Notes: generated by a model not told the origin, from the sequence alone. A DNA stretch of 64,000 bases from Pyrinomonadaceae bacterium (GCA_046313635.1 JBKBYA010000001.1:556340-620339), one strand, 5' to 3'. Shown: positions 20,637-31,064, numbered from the stretch's first letter. Program-made: numbers and translations.

Positions 20637-21487
20637 CCTGCGTGCCGACCGTCTCGGAGCTGCTCGCGCGCGCGGCCGCCGACCTTGCCGCATCCGGCGT
20701 CGCCGAGCCGCGTCGCGAGGCGTCGTCGCTGCTAGCTTTTGCGCTCGGCAAGGATCGGACCTTCCTTGTCGCGCACCCCGAATGTGTCGTCGGCGGCGAC
20801 GACGAGCGCCGCTTTATCGATCTCGTCGCACGGCGTGCCGCACGCGAGCCGTTACAGTATCTGACGGGACGTCAGGAATTTTACGGTCTCGATATCTTGG
20901 TCACGCCCGACGTGCTGATCCCGCGGCCCGAAACGGAGATGGTCGTCGAGAACGCTCTTCCGCTGCTCTCCGCCGGCGGATCCTTTTGCGAGGTCGGCGT
21001 CGGCTCAGGGTGCATCTCGATCGCGATATTGAAGCACTCGCGAGCGGCCCGCGCCGTCGGGCTCGAGCGCTCGCCCGCCGCGATCGAGGTCGCACGCCGC
21101 AACGCCCTGGCGCACGGCGTCGAAGGGCGGCTCGAGCTTCGCGAGTCGGATGTTTTTTCGGCGCTCGGCGACGAGACGTTTGAGGTGATCGTCTCAAACC
21201 CGCCTTACATTCCCGCGGACCAGATGGCGACGCTTCAGCAGGAGGTTCGCGGCTTCGAGCCTCGAATGGCCCTGACCGACGAGGCCGACGGGCTCTCGGT
21301 CGTCCGCAGGATCGTTGATCAAACTCGCCGATATTTGAGGCCCGGCGGGCACCTGATCATGGAGATCGGCTTCCAGCAGGCCGAGGACGCGGCGGCGATG
21401 TTCGACCTCGAACGCGACTGGCAGAGTCTCCGGATCGCGGACGATCTGCAGGGCATCCCACGCTGCGTTGTCGCCCGCCTAAAGTGA
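20633..21487 (+). CDS. prmC: Release factor glutamine methyltransferase
   Basis: REPLQYLTG, VLIPRPETE, GVGSGCI, SNPPY. Confidence 0.94.
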   Translation: MTCVPTVSELLARAAADLAASGVAEPRREASSLLAFALGKDRTFLVAHPECVVGGDDERRFIDLVARRAAREPLQYLTGRQEFYGLDILVTPDVLIPRPETEMVVENALPLLSAGGSFCEVGVGSGCISIAILKHSRAARAVGLERSPAAIEVARRNALAHGVEGRLELRESDVFSALGDETFEVIVSNPPYIPADQMATLQQEVRGFEPRMALTDEADGLSVVRRIVDQTRRYLRPGGHLIMEIGFQQAEDAAAMFDLERDWQSLRIADDLQGIPRCVVARLK

Positions 21488-21690
21488 GGTTAAATCGCTG
21501 AAAAACAATCATTTCACCGACGGCTAAAAGGCTTGCCTTTGAATCGGAAGTAGAGTTAATATGGGCGTAACCCAGACCATCAGTATTTGGACACTTGACA
21601 CCAGTCCGGGCAGTTGCCGACAAGACACTCCTCCCAATCGCCGCCAGCCCGGGCGCTACAACATGCAATCGACCACCGGAGGTGATTTTT

Positions 21691-21891
21691 GTGAAAGGTT
21701 CGCTGAATGCACTACTCGCTCTCGCATCCCTGGTAATCGCGGCAATCTCGTTCTTTTATTACACTAAAAGCGACGACAACAAGCTTTATCTGGTCCTTGC
21801 GATCGTATTCATTCTCGCGACGATCGGATTTGGGGGATATTTTCTTTCCGGCCGTGTAAACCGGAACGAGGACATTCACATCACGGAGTAA
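21691..21891 (+). CDS. Small two-TM membrane protein
   Basis: GGAGGT RBS, GTG start, two hydrophobic segments. Confidence 0.7.
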   Translation: MKGSLNALLALASLVIAAISFFYYTKSDDNKLYLVLAIVFILATIGFGGYFLSGRVNRNEDIHITE

Positions 21892-22002
21892 TTCGGCCAT
21901 AAGCCCGATCGCGTCCTTCACGGCGTCGCGGCTTTTGCAGATGAAAGCGGCGGTCATGTCGTTTTTAGCGACCTGACCGCCGCGCTGCGTTTGAGATCGG
22001 TT

Positions 22003-22030
22003 TTGTCGACCCGTGAGCGATATGTATAAT
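22003..22030 (+). promoter_or_regulatory. Putative sigma70 promoter of the nfu-like gene
   Basis: TTGTCG, 16-nt spacer, TATAAT. Confidence 0.5.
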
Positions 22031-22076
22031 GTTTACGAAAAGGTAAGGTTTTGAAGCCGCCTTTGGTTTTTATCAA

Positions 22077-22643
22077 ATGCCCAAGATCGCAGACATTCAA
22101 GAGACCCCCAATCCCAACGCCGTCAAGTTCATCTTGAAGGAGCCGGTCTCGCACGGCACGTCGCACTCGTTCAAGAGCGCCGCGGACGCCGAGAGCGATG
22201 CGCTTGCCAAAGCGATCTTTGAGGTCGGCGACGTCGTCTCGGTCTTTTATATGGACAAGATGGTAACGGTCGAAAAGACCGACGAGGCCGAATGGGACGA
22301 GGTGCTGCCGGCCCTCGCGGTGCCGATCCGCGCGACGCCGGGTCTGCAGCCGTCAAACGGCGGCGGCCGCGCGGCCGCAGCGGTCGGCGGAGCGATCGCG
22401 GCAGCTGCGTCCGACGATCCGAAGGTCGCCGAGATAAACGCGCTTCTGGATGAGCGGATCCGTCCGTACCTGGCCAGCGACGGCGGGTGGCTCGAGATCG
22501 TAAGCCTCGAAGGCTCGCAGCTCAAGATCCGTTACGAGGGAGCGTGCGGCAGTTGTCCGAGCTCGCTGACGGGCACTCTGATGGCGATCGAAAATATGAT
22601 CAAGGACCAGATCGATCCCGAGATCGAGGTCATCGCCGTTTAA
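22077..22643 (+). CDS. Nfu/NifU-type Fe-S carrier (Nfu N-terminal domain plus NifU C-terminal domain)
   Basis: ETPNPNAVKF; IRPYLASDGG, GACGSCPSS. Confidence 0.92.
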   Translation: MPKIADIQETPNPNAVKFILKEPVSHGTSHSFKSAADAESDALAKAIFEVGDVVSVFYMDKMVTVEKTDEAEWDEVLPALAVPIRATPGLQPSNGGGRAAAAVGGAIAAAASDDPKVAEINALLDERIRPYLASDGGWLEIVSLEGSQLKIRYEGACGSCPSSLTGTLMAIENMIKDQIDPEIEVIAV

Positions 22644-22686
22644 ATTCCGACTTCGCTGACCATTCCAGCGGCCGAGTAATAACTTG

Positions 22687-22716
22687 TTGACATAATTCGG
22701 TCAGATTGCACATAAT
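22687..22716 (+). promoter_or_regulatory. Putative sigma70 promoter
   Basis: TTGACA, 18-nt spacer, CATAAT. Confidence 0.6.
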
Positions 22717-22833
22717 CATTCCGGCGGCTCGCTTCCAAACCGAGGGCCGCCGTTCCTCTGCAAGTCAGGTAAGCCCTTCCTTCTGATCCGGACTACGCCA
22801 TCCCCAAACTCAATCACCCAAGGAGAACATTCA

Positions 22834-24492
22834 GTGAAAAGCGAAGAACTTGAAGTCAGCCTCCGCACGGATTTCGAATCGTATTTGAACGGCATTCTTG
22901 CCGAAATGAAGCAGGAGGTCGCCGATTTTCAAGCTCGGATCGACGCCGAGGCCGAAAAGCATCGATCGCAGCTTAACGAAGCGTTCAGCGATTTTACTTC
23001 TCGCCTCAAGTCCGAACAGTCCCTCGACCCCGGATTTCGCGAATCTATTCTCGAGCACCTGCGGCTTGCACGCGACAACGGAGCGCAGATCACGGCCGAG
23101 GCGTTTGCCGAGGCCGAGGCGATGCGGCGGCGGGAGACGGCCGAACTCGGGTTTGCCGACATCCGCGATGCCGTCAACGAGATCAGCTCGCAAAATTCGC
23201 AGTCGGCTATCCTGAAGTCGCTCGTACGTCATGCCGAGCGCTTTACCGGGCGCGGCGCGTTCTTCATTGTTAGAAACGAGCAGTTTGTGGGCTGGCAGGC
23301 CTTTGGCCGCGAGTCAGGAACGGCCGACAATGTGATCCGCTCGGTAAGCTTGCCGGTCGCGGCGAATACTATCCTTGGCGACGCATGCCGCATGCTCGGC
23401 CCTGTCGTCCGCGCTTTTGATCCGTCGAGTGAGGACAAACGCTTTTTGGACGAGCTTGGCTTTGGCGAGCCGGCAGCGATGATGGCCGTTCCGCTCATCG
23501 CCCGCGGACGCGGCGTTGCTGTGCTTTACGTCGATACGGCAATGGGCGGCGAGACCTTTAACGGCGAGGCTATCGAGACGCTGCTGCGGACCGCGAGTCT
23601 CACGGTCGAGCTCTTGGCCTCGACGCAGGCCGCGTTGCCCGCCGTGACCTCGACCTGGAAGGTGCCGGCCGCAGAAAAGCCCGCCGCAGCGGCCCCGGTC
23701 GAGCCGGTCCGAGAAATGCCGGCGGAGGCGGTTGCCGCAAGTGACAATTCTGATGTAGACGCCGCGCCCGCCGTCGACGCTGTCGAGGCAGACGCCGCTG
23801 TCGAGCAGGTCCCGGAGGTCGTCTCTACCGAGAGCGAGATCGAGCCCGAGGTGGTCGAGTACATCGCGGAGGAAGAATCGCGCTACCAGGAGGCCGCATT
23901 CGAGGCGAATGCCCCGGCCGAGCCCGTGATCGAGCGTTTTGATCCGACCCCTGTCAATGTCGAGGCGAACGTTGTCGCCGAGCCGCCGCAGATCTCTCGA
24001 CCAAGCTTTGCTTTTGAGTCCAGCTCGGGAGCCGAATTCGCGCCGACTGCGGTGCCCGTCGTCGAGGCGCCGATCGCCGAGACGGTCGTGACCACGACCG
24101 ATGCGTCGGACGCGTCAGCGACAGTGGACGCGGTGCCCTCGACCGTCGGGAACGGAACGACGAAGTTCGGCGGACGCACTCGTTCGATCGACCTGCCGAT
24201 CGAGGTCGACGAAAGCGAAAAGCCCGAACACGTCAAGGCCCGCAGGTTTGCCCGGCTGCTTGTCTCAGAGATCAATCTCTACAACGAGCAAAAGGTAAAG
24301 GAGGGCCGCTCGTCAGGCGATCTTTACGACCGGCTGCGCGAGGCGATCGACCGCTCGCGTGAGATGTACGATCAGCGGGTAAAGTCTCCGGTCGCGACGA
24401 CGTTCGATTACTTTCATTACGAGCTCGTCAACAACCTTGCCGAGGGCGACGCGTCGCGGCTCGGTGCTAACTATCCGGGTTCGAAGGTGTAG
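22834..24492 (+). CDS. Hypothetical protein: coiled coil, GAF-like domain, acidic linker, conserved-looking C-terminal helical domain
   Basis: AAGGAG RBS; VPLIARG..VAVLYVD GAF-like strand; ARRFARLLVSEI.LYN tail. Confidence 0.75.
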   Translation: MKSEELEVSLRTDFESYLNGILAEMKQEVADFQARIDAEAEKHRSQLNEAFSDFTSRLKSEQSLDPGFRESILEHLRLARDNGAQITAEAFAEAEAMRRRETAELGFADIRDAVNEISSQNSQSAILKSLVRHAERFTGRGAFFIVRNEQFVGWQAFGRESGTADNVIRSVSLPVAANTILGDACRMLGPVVRAFDPSSEDKRFLDELGFGEPAAMMAVPLIARGRGVAVLYVDTAMGGETFNGEAIETLLRTASLTVELLASTQAALPAVTSTWKVPAAEKPAAAAPVEPVREMPAEAVAASDNSDVDAAPAVDAVEADAAVEQVPEVVSTESEIEPEVVEYIAEEESRYQEAAFEANAPAEPVIERFDPTPVNVEANVVAEPPQISRPSFAFESSSGAEFAPTAVPVVEAPIAETVVTTTDASDASATVDAVPSTVGNGTTKFGGRTRSIDLPIEVDESEKPEHVKARRFARLLVSEINLYNEQKVKEGRSSGDLYDRLREAIDRSREMYDQRVKSPVATTFDYFHYELVNNLAEGDASRLGANYPGSKV

Positions 24493-24518
24493 GCCCGAGA
24501 TCCGATCGACAAGCAACT

Positions 24519-24551
24519 AAAGGAGGCTGTCTGACAAGGCGGCCTCCTTTC
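24519..24551 (+). terminator. Intrinsic terminator
   Basis: aaaggaggctgtct-gaca-aggcggcctccttt. Confidence 0.7.
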
Positions 24552-24777
24552 TGTTATTGCTAGTTCGTACGGTGTCGTCCTAGCGTAGCCCTGCCGTTTA
24601 CGCAGTGTGAGATACCGATCAGAAATAGGGAAAGGGCGTTTTGACGTCCTCCGCTCGACGTGCGGGCAGGCCGGTTAAATCGGGCCGCGGACCATTCTGC
24701 CCGTAATTGACCACGCCCGAAGAAATTTTGCTGCGAGCGTCAGAAGTTCGCCGCGGCTTTTCGGATGATCTCCTTTT

Positions 24778-25326
24778 CTAAATGTTCGACGGCTTTTCCG
24801 TTTCCGGAGCCCGTTCGCTTGGGAGAACGGGGCGATTGGCGGCGGGGCTGTCGGGCGACGTGTGGACGTGGACGACCTTCCACTCCGTGCCGATCTTTTT
24901 GAAAACAAGCGTCGTGCGGCCGGAGCCGTTTTCGAGCTTTCCGTCGTAGACTTGCGACTGCTTCCATTTGTAGGTGACGTAGGCCGAGGTGGGGCCGAGC
25001 ATCTCGACACGCAGTCCCGTGATGTCGAGCGTCACGTCCTTTGTCTTGGCGTAGCTCTCGTCGCGGTTTGCCCGCATCTGCGACCAGCCGAGCGTGACCG
25101 TGCCGTTGTTGTTAAAGAACAAGGTGCGTTCGCTTTTGTCGTAAACGCTCATCACCTTTTCGGCGTCCGTCTGCTTGATGCCCTCGATCAGCCGGTCAAA
25201 GGCGGCGCGGACCTCCTTTGCCGGGTCGGACTTTGCAGTGCCGACCTTGCCGGCGGCTGGCTTTTGCGCAAAGGCTGCCGACGCTGCGGTGAGAATGATC
25301 GTCAGAATTATTGCGGTGCGTTTCAT
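24778..25326 (-). CDS. Secreted NTF2-like (SnoaL/DUF4440) protein
   Basis: Signal peptide MKRTAII...AFAQ; GRTTLVF....WKVVHVHTS. Confidence 0.8.
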   Translation of the reverse strand: MKRTAIILTIILTAASAAFAQKPAAGKVGTAKSDPAKEVRAAFDRLIEGIKQTDAEKVMSVYDKSERTLFFNNNGTVTLGWSQMRANRDESYAKTKDVTLDITGLRVEMLGPTSAYVTYKWKQSQVYDGKLENGSGRTTLVFKKIGTEWKVVHVHTSPDSPAANRPVLPSERAPETEKPSNI

Positions 25327-25669
25327 CGTTTTGTCCTCGCTTTCACGGATCTGCTTTCTCGAATCATTATCGGCAAAGCCCGCGGTCACGACAAAGCCGC
25401 CTTGGCGGCGACGCGATCGGTCGCTCCAAAAGCACGGGCCCTGACGCACCATTTCGTCGGTCGAGGCCGACGGCACGCACGAAATCGTCACAGCTTTTTC
25501 ACAAGCCGCGGGCCGACCGGTAATTTTCACTGGATATTCCTTGATCCCTTGGCCGGGGCTGACCGCCCGGAACAATTATTGCCGTCAGGCGAGCCGACAG
25601 CGAAGAAAATCCGATCTTTGGGCTTCCACTTTTCTTCCTTAGAAACACGAAACCAAGGAGAAAGGTCCA

Positions 25670-27736
25670 ATGACTTTCGCTAAAAAGCTTCTGGCGCCGT
25701 CGCTGCTGCTGACGCTGGCAATACCGCTCGTCGCGGCCGGCGGCGTCTTTGCATATTCGGCCGAGGACGAACCGCCCTTTACCGATCGCGTCGCGAGGAT
25801 AAGTTTTATCAAGGGATCGGTGCAAGTCCGCCGCGCGGGGTCGCAGGATTGGGAGGCGGCGACGCTCAATCTGCCGCTCGTCGAGGGCGACGAGATCGCG
25901 ACCGGCGAATGGGGATCGCGTGTCGAGATCCAGTTCACGGTCCGCACGCATGCGCGGCTCGACGAGAGATCGCTCCTTCGCATCACCACGCTCAAGGACG
26001 AGGGCATCGCGCTCAGCATCTCGCAGGGCGATCTCGTCGTCAGGGCGGGCGAGTTTGACAAGGACCGTTCGTATTTTGAGATCGACGCCCCGCGTACGAC
26101 CATCGCGCTGCAGCGCGCCGGAATGTACAGGGTAAGCGCCGGCCGGCAGAACGCCGTGGACATCCGCATCTCGGCGACCGACGGCGGCGAGGCCCGCGTT
26201 TATACGAGCGAATCCGGCTTTACGCTCCGCAGCGGCCGCAGCGCCCGCATACCGATCGACGGACCTAACGCAGGCGAATGGGAGGTTGCGGACGCATCAC
26301 TTTTCACCGACCAATTTGACAACTGGTCGCTCGACCGCGACGCGGTCATCGCAAAGCGCGTTCGCGACGCTTACTACGACAAGTATTACGACCGCGACAT
26401 CTACGGCGCCGACGAGTTGAGCGACTACGGCGAATGGATCTACACGCGAAAGTATGGCTACGTCTGGCGACCGTACGCGGCCGCGACACGCACGTACGCG
26501 GATTGGTCGCCGTATCGATACGGGCATTGGCGATGGGTGCCGCCATTCGGCTGGACGTGGGTCAACGACGAGCCGTGGGGATGGGCGACGTATCATCACG
26601 GCCGCTGGGTCTGGGACGGCGGATACTGGGTCTGGACGCCGTACGGGTATTACCGATCGCGGCGAAGCTGGTGGTCGCCGGCGCTGGTCGTCGTGACGGT
26701 CGTCAACCGGCGGGTCTGCTGGTATCCGCTGCCGTACGACTATGCTTATTACAACTACAACCACTACTACAATGGCGGCGGCCGTCGCGGCGGCGGGCAT
26801 CGCAATCCGCCGGGAGGCGGGCCGGCCGTGACGCCTTCGCCGACGCCGGGCGGCGGGGTGATCACAGAGAACGACAACGAGGCCAGACGGCGGCGAATGC
26901 AAACGCCGCCGCTGCAGCAGGTGCCGCCGGGCGGCGTCGTGATCGCCGACGAGACCGAGTTTGGCAAGGGAACGCGGACCATCCGGCGTGCGCCGCTCGA
27001 AGTTGCCAAAGCCGTCCTGTCAAAGGAACCGGCCGACGTCGAGCAGACGCCTCCGATCCTGCCGCCGATCGAGGAAGTGCGTTCGCGCGGCGCAAAGGCC
27101 GAGTACGCGGCGACACCGCCGATATGGGTTTCGAACGATCGCCTCGATACAAAGGTCGGGGCCGCCGAACGCAAACCGGCCCAGCCGCTTGACGAGACCT
27201 TGAGGCGCGAGCGGATCTTCGGCAATCGTCCGCCCGTCGTCACGACCGAACAAACGCCGCGCGAACCGGGCACGGGCGGCAAGTCGGACGACGATGATCG
27301 CCCGACCGGAGCCGTCCAGCGGCCGACCAGGCGTTTGCCGCCGACCAGCGAAACGCCGCCGATCTATCAGCCGCCGGCGGGCAAGTCCGGCGACGGCGGA
27401 TCGAACGAAGAGCGCAAGGTCGAACGCCAGCCGACATTCAACCCGCGGCCGCGGCGCGAGCTGCCGCCGTCGTACGATCCGCCAAAGAGCGACCGGCCGT
27501 ATCAGCCGCCCAAGCAGGACGAACCGAATTACGAGCCGCCGCCGCAGCGAGATCCGCCGCGACGCCAGCCGCCGACCTACGAGCCGCCGCCGCAAAAGAG
27601 CGAACCGCCGGGGAAGTCCGATCCGCCGCCGCCTCCCCCTCCGCCGCAGCAAAAGCCCGAAGAGCGGCCCTCGCAGCCTCTGCCGCAGCAGCAGCCGCGA
27701 AAAACCGAAAAGGACGACGGCAGGCAGCGTCGCTGA
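25670..27736 (+). CDS. Secreted FecR-like domain plus DUF6600-like W/Y-rich domain, proline-rich tail
   Basis: RVARISF..G.V, W.PY..GHW, EPWGWA.YH.GRW; AAGGAG RBS. Confidence 0.8.
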   Translation: MTFAKKLLAPSLLLTLAIPLVAAGGVFAYSAEDEPPFTDRVARISFIKGSVQVRRAGSQDWEAATLNLPLVEGDEIATGEWGSRVEIQFTVRTHARLDERSLLRITTLKDEGIALSISQGDLVVRAGEFDKDRSYFEIDAPRTTIALQRAGMYRVSAGRQNAVDIRISATDGGEARVYTSESGFTLRSGRSARIPIDGPNAGEWEVADASLFTDQFDNWSLDRDAVIAKRVRDAYYDKYYDRDIYGADELSDYGEWIYTRKYGYVWRPYAAATRTYADWSPYRYGHWRWVPPFGWTWVNDEPWGWATYHHGRWVWDGGYWVWTPYGYYRSRRSWWSPALVVVTVVNRRVCWYPLPYDYAYYNYNHYYNGGGRRGGGHRNPPGGGPAVTPSPTPGGGVITENDNEARRRRMQTPPLQQVPPGGVVIADETEFGKGTRTIRRAPLEVAKAVLSKEPADVEQTPPILPPIEEVRSRGAKAEYAATPPIWVSNDRLDTKVGAAERKPAQPLDETLRRERIFGNRPPVVTTEQTPREPGTGGKSDDDDRPTGAVQRPTRRLPPTSETPPIYQPPAGKSGDGGSNEERKVERQPTFNPRPRRELPPSYDPPKSDRPYQPPKQDEPNYEPPPQRDPPRRQPPTYEPPPQKSEPPGKSDPPPPPPPPQQKPEERPSQPLPQQQPRKTEKDDGRQRR

Positions 27737-27744
27737 TCGATCGC

Positions 27745-27790
27745 AAAAAAAGAGCGGGCTTCTTGATACAGGAAGCCCGCTCTGTTTTTT
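27745..27790. terminator. Bidirectional intrinsic terminator
   Basis: A-tract, gagcgggcttcttg-ata-caggaagcccgctc, T-tract. Confidence 0.85.
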
Positions 27791-27804
27791 GATCACGGCT
27801 CTGG

Positions 27805-29163
27805 TCAGCCGGCGGGGATAAAGACCGACCGGTCAACGGCCTTTGGGTCGCCGACGACCACAAAGCGAATATTCTTCATGTACTTATTGGCGACGCGGCG
27901 AACGTCTTCGGCCGTGACGGCCTCGATCCGCTCGAGAAATCGGAACGAGTTGCGCCAGCCCCCGCCGAGCAGCTCGTATCGGGCCAGGTCGCCGGCCTGC
28001 GCGGCGTTGGTCTGCTGCTTGAGATAGTAGGTCGTAAGGAATTGGCCGGTGAGGTCCTCGATCGCCGCCTGGTTGAGCGTTTTGCTCTTCAGCGTCTTGA
28101 TCTGATCGAGCATCACGCTGACGGCGCGGTTGGCGTCGACGGCCGTCACGTAGATGCTGCCGGTATTTGCCGCATCCGAACCTAGGTCAGCGCCCGGAGC
28201 GTACGACAGCTGCCGACGCACGCGCACCTCGTTAAAGACCATCTCCTGCAAGATATTCGTGGCCACCCGCATCGCGTAAAAGTCGGGCGAGCCAAGCGCG
28301 GGCGCTTCAAAGAGGCCCTGCACGTAATTGGTCTGCAGCGAACGCGTCATGATGTCGAGCGTGGGCTTTGAAAAATCGATCGGGCGGATCGGAGTCTCCC
28401 TGTAATCGCCGACGGGCAGACGGCCGAAGGTCGTTGCGACGCGGCCCTTGAGCACGGCAGGATCGACGTCGCCGACGACCACGAGCAAGAGCTGCGACGT
28501 CTGCATCACGCGCTTGTGATGGTCCCTCAACTGCTGCGGCGTGAAGGACGCGATGGTGGCCGCCGTCCCGGCGACATCGTTTCCGTACGGGTGGCCCGCG
28601 TAGATCACACGCTGCTCGAGGGCCTCAAGCGCGGCGTCGGGCGTGATCTCGGACGAACGAATGCCGGTCAATATCTGCTCGCGCACGCGTTCGACGTCCG
28701 ACGGGTCAAAAGCAGGATCGAGTGCGACGTCCGCAAAGATGTCCCACAGCCGGTCAAAGCTCTGCCGCGTCGACGCAAGCGAGAATACGCTGAAGTCTCG
28801 GCCCGCCGACGCTCCGATCGAGCCGCCCGACCGCGCGACCGCCTGGCGGACCGCCGTCCTCGGATACTTCTTTCCGGCCTCGACCGCGGCGTTGACCATC
28901 AGGTTTTCGATCCCGGCGGTCTTATCTGTCACGTTGCGGGCCCCGCCGCGGATAAAGAGCCCGGCGGCGACCGTCGCGGCCGACGGGCGGCGCTTGACGA
29001 TGACCTTAAGGCCGTTGACGTCAAATTCGGTAACGGCCGCGGCCTGCGCGTCGAGGTCGTTGAGCTTGGGCGTGGCGGCCGGCGTCTGAGCGCAAAGGCC
29101 GACAGCCGAGGCCGCAAAGAGCGCCGCGATGACAAATGGTTGGAGCGTTCGAATGATCTTCAT
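27805..29163 (-). CDS. M16 (pitrilysin-family) peptidase, non-catalytic subunit
   Basis: M16 fold motifs, no HxxEH, retains R-x-x-x-x-LSY; signal peptide. Confidence 0.85.
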   Translation of the reverse strand: MKIIRTLQPFVIAALFAASAVGLCAQTPAATPKLNDLDAQAAAVTEFDVNGLKVIVKRRPSAATVAAGLFIRGGARNVTDKTAGIENLMVNAAVEAGKKYPRTAVRQAVARSGGSIGASAGRDFSVFSLASTRQSFDRLWDIFADVALDPAFDPSDVERVREQILTGIRSSEITPDAALEALEQRVIYAGHPYGNDVAGTAATIASFTPQQLRDHHKRVMQTSQLLLVVVGDVDPAVLKGRVATTFGRLPVGDYRETPIRPIDFSKPTLDIMTRSLQTNYVQGLFEAPALGSPDFYAMRVATNILQEMVFNEVRVRRQLSYAPGADLGSDAANTGSIYVTAVDANRAVSVMLDQIKTLKSKTLNQAAIEDLTGQFLTTYYLKQQTNAAQAGDLARYELLGGGWRNSFRFLERIEAVTAEDVRRVANKYMKNIRFVVVGDPKAVDRSVFIPAG

Positions 29164-29190
29164 AGGTTCAAATCAGGTGCGTGAGCGATA

Positions 29191-30744
29191 TCACTTGCCG
29201 CCGACGAGGTCAGCCTCGGTCAGCTTGGCGGCGGCCTGAGCTTCGGGTGCGAGGAGGGCGACGCCGACGCGCGGCTTGCCGATGATGTACGTCTTGACGT
29301 AGCGATCGATGTCGGCACGCGTCACGGCGTCGAGATTCTTGTGATAGCCGCGGAAGTATTCGATGCCGGTTGACGACCACCAGAAGCCGAGAGTATGCGT
29401 GTACTCGCTGGTCTCTTCGCGATCAAAAAGGTCGCGCGCGCTGAGTATCGTCTTTGACGCCTCGAGCTCGTCGGCCGTGTAGTAACCCGGCGAGGCGAAC
29501 TGCGCGATCTCGCCGTAGAGAGCTTTAAGAGCGGCCCTTGCCTTGGCCGGCGTCGTCACGAGCAGGACGGTGATCGGCCCGACGTTTCGCTGCGTGTAAT
29601 AGTTGATCGCGACGCCGGTCGCGAGGCCCGAGTCGACAAGGTTGCGCTGAAAGCGCGAGTCAGGCTGAGTGAGAATGTACGAAAAGACGTCCGCCGCGTA
29701 CGTTGCCGCATCGTCCTTGCCGATCGACGGGCCATGCCAGCCGATCTGGATGTAAACGTTCTGCTCTGTGCCGCCCGAGGCGTCGTCGTCGCCGCCCATT
29801 CGCTTTTCGATTATTTCGCCGGAGCTCTTGGCGAGCGGCGGATGCTCGACGAGCGGAAACTCCTTGAACGGGTCGACACGCCGGCGCTCCCAGCTTCCCA
29901 TTATCCGCTCCGCCAGAGCAAAGACCTCGTCGGCCTTTACGTCGCCGGTCACGACCAGCGCCGAGTTGTTAGGCACGTAATAACGTGACTGGATCAGCCG
30001 CATCTTGTCGGTCGTCGCCGACGCGACCGACTCGCGCGTGCCGAGCGGGTTTTTGCGTGTCGGATACTTGTAAAAGAGACGGTTGTGAAGCGCGAGGTTG
30101 AGGTAGTAACCGGGGTTTGACTCGTTGCGGTCGATCTCGCCGATGACGACCTGCTTCTCATTCTCAAACTCCTGCTCGTCAAAGAGCGGAAACCTGACCG
30201 ACGCGTTGATCACGCGCATCGCCGTCTCGAGATACGGCGTCGTCGTCGTGTAGTAGTAGTTCACCACCTCCTCGCGGGTCGAACCGTTGTAGACGATGCC
30301 GAGCTTGCCGAGGTCCTCGAGAAATGACGTGTCGCCGATCTGCGGGCGCGTTTTATTGACCTCGTCGCAATGGTCCGAATACACCGGATTGATGTTGCCG
30401 GTCGAGCACGGAATGACGAGCGACGCCTTATTCGTCTTAAAGAACATATGCTCGAAAAGATGCGACAGCCCGTTAAGCTCGGGCGGCTCGGTAAAGGAGC
30501 CGTTCCGCACGGCGAGCTCGACCGTGACGAGCGGTACGCTCTTGTCGGAGAGGACGATGACCTCAAGACCGTTCGGTAGTACCTTGTTGACAAAAGGTAT
30601 CTCGATGGACTGTCTCGCCGGCGCCGGCTTTGCAGCAGCGGCCGCATTCGAGCGGGCCGTGCTCGAGGCCGGCCGCGACGTCTGGGCAAGCGACGAGTTT
30701 GCGATCGACAGCGCGATCAGCAGTGCAATTATGGATCTCTTCAC
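29191..30744 (-). CDS. M16 zinc peptidase, catalytic subunit
   Basis: LPNGLEV, GLSHLFEHMFF (HxxEH), NGST, E...V..E; signal peptide. Confidence 0.9.
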   Translation of the reverse strand: MKRSIIALLIALSIANSSLAQTSRPASSTARSNAAAAAKPAPARQSIEIPFVNKVLPNGLEVIVLSDKSVPLVTVELAVRNGSFTEPPELNGLSHLFEHMFFKTNKASLVIPCSTGNINPVYSDHCDEVNKTRPQIGDTSFLEDLGKLGIVYNGSTREEVVNYYYTTTTPYLETAMRVINASVRFPLFDEQEFENEKQVVIGEIDRNESNPGYYLNLALHNRLFYKYPTRKNPLGTRESVASATTDKMRLIQSRYYVPNNSALVVTGDVKADEVFALAERIMGSWERRRVDPFKEFPLVEHPPLAKSSGEIIEKRMGGDDDASGGTEQNVYIQIGWHGPSIGKDDAATYAADVFSYILTQPDSRFQRNLVDSGLATGVAINYYTQRNVGPITVLLVTTPAKARAALKALYGEIAQFASPGYYTADELEASKTILSARDLFDREETSEYTHTLGFWWSSTGIEYFRGYHKNLDAVTRADIDRYVKTYIIGKPRVGVALLAPEAQAAAKLTEADLVGGK

Positions 30745-30839
30745 GCGGTGATTATCTCCGGTTTGTTTGTTAGGCAGTTCGATGCCGCTTGAGCGGCCCA
30801 CGATCAATCATTAATCTACCATTAGAGGCGATCAAAGAC

Positions 30840-31064
30840 ATGGAACGAGACAATATGATGCACGGAGCGAGGTCGGCGTTGAACGCGAGCCCCGAAATTC
30901 GCGCCTGGGCCGAGAATTACCTGAAAGAAAAGACCCGCGCCGAAAATGCGGGGATGAGCGACGAGGAGTTTGAAAGGTACTGGAAGTACCACAAGCCCGA
31001 GATCGTCCACGCCGGAGCGGCAGAAGCCGTGGAAAAGTGGAAACGTGAAAGAGTGAAAGAGTGA
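30840..31064 (+). CDS. Small hypothetical protein
   Basis: Coding-like codon usage; 3' end runs into the octamer repeats. Confidence 0.55.
   Translation: MERDNMMHGARSALNASPEIRAWAENYLKEKTRAENAGMSDEEFERYWKYHKPEIVHAGAAEAVEKWKRERVKE

Noticed and set aside
17862..20693. 943-aa fusion protein
   Set aside because: Only the last 359 codons are a GT4 enzyme; the rest is the antisense shadow of the sugar transferase.
21540..21690. Riboswitch ahead of the small membrane protein
   Set aside because: Only fragmentary resemblance to ZTP or c-di-GMP-II motifs; the conserved cores are missing.
27420..27720. Nucleotide repeat element
   Set aside because: Explained by Pro/Gln-rich low-complexity coding sequence.
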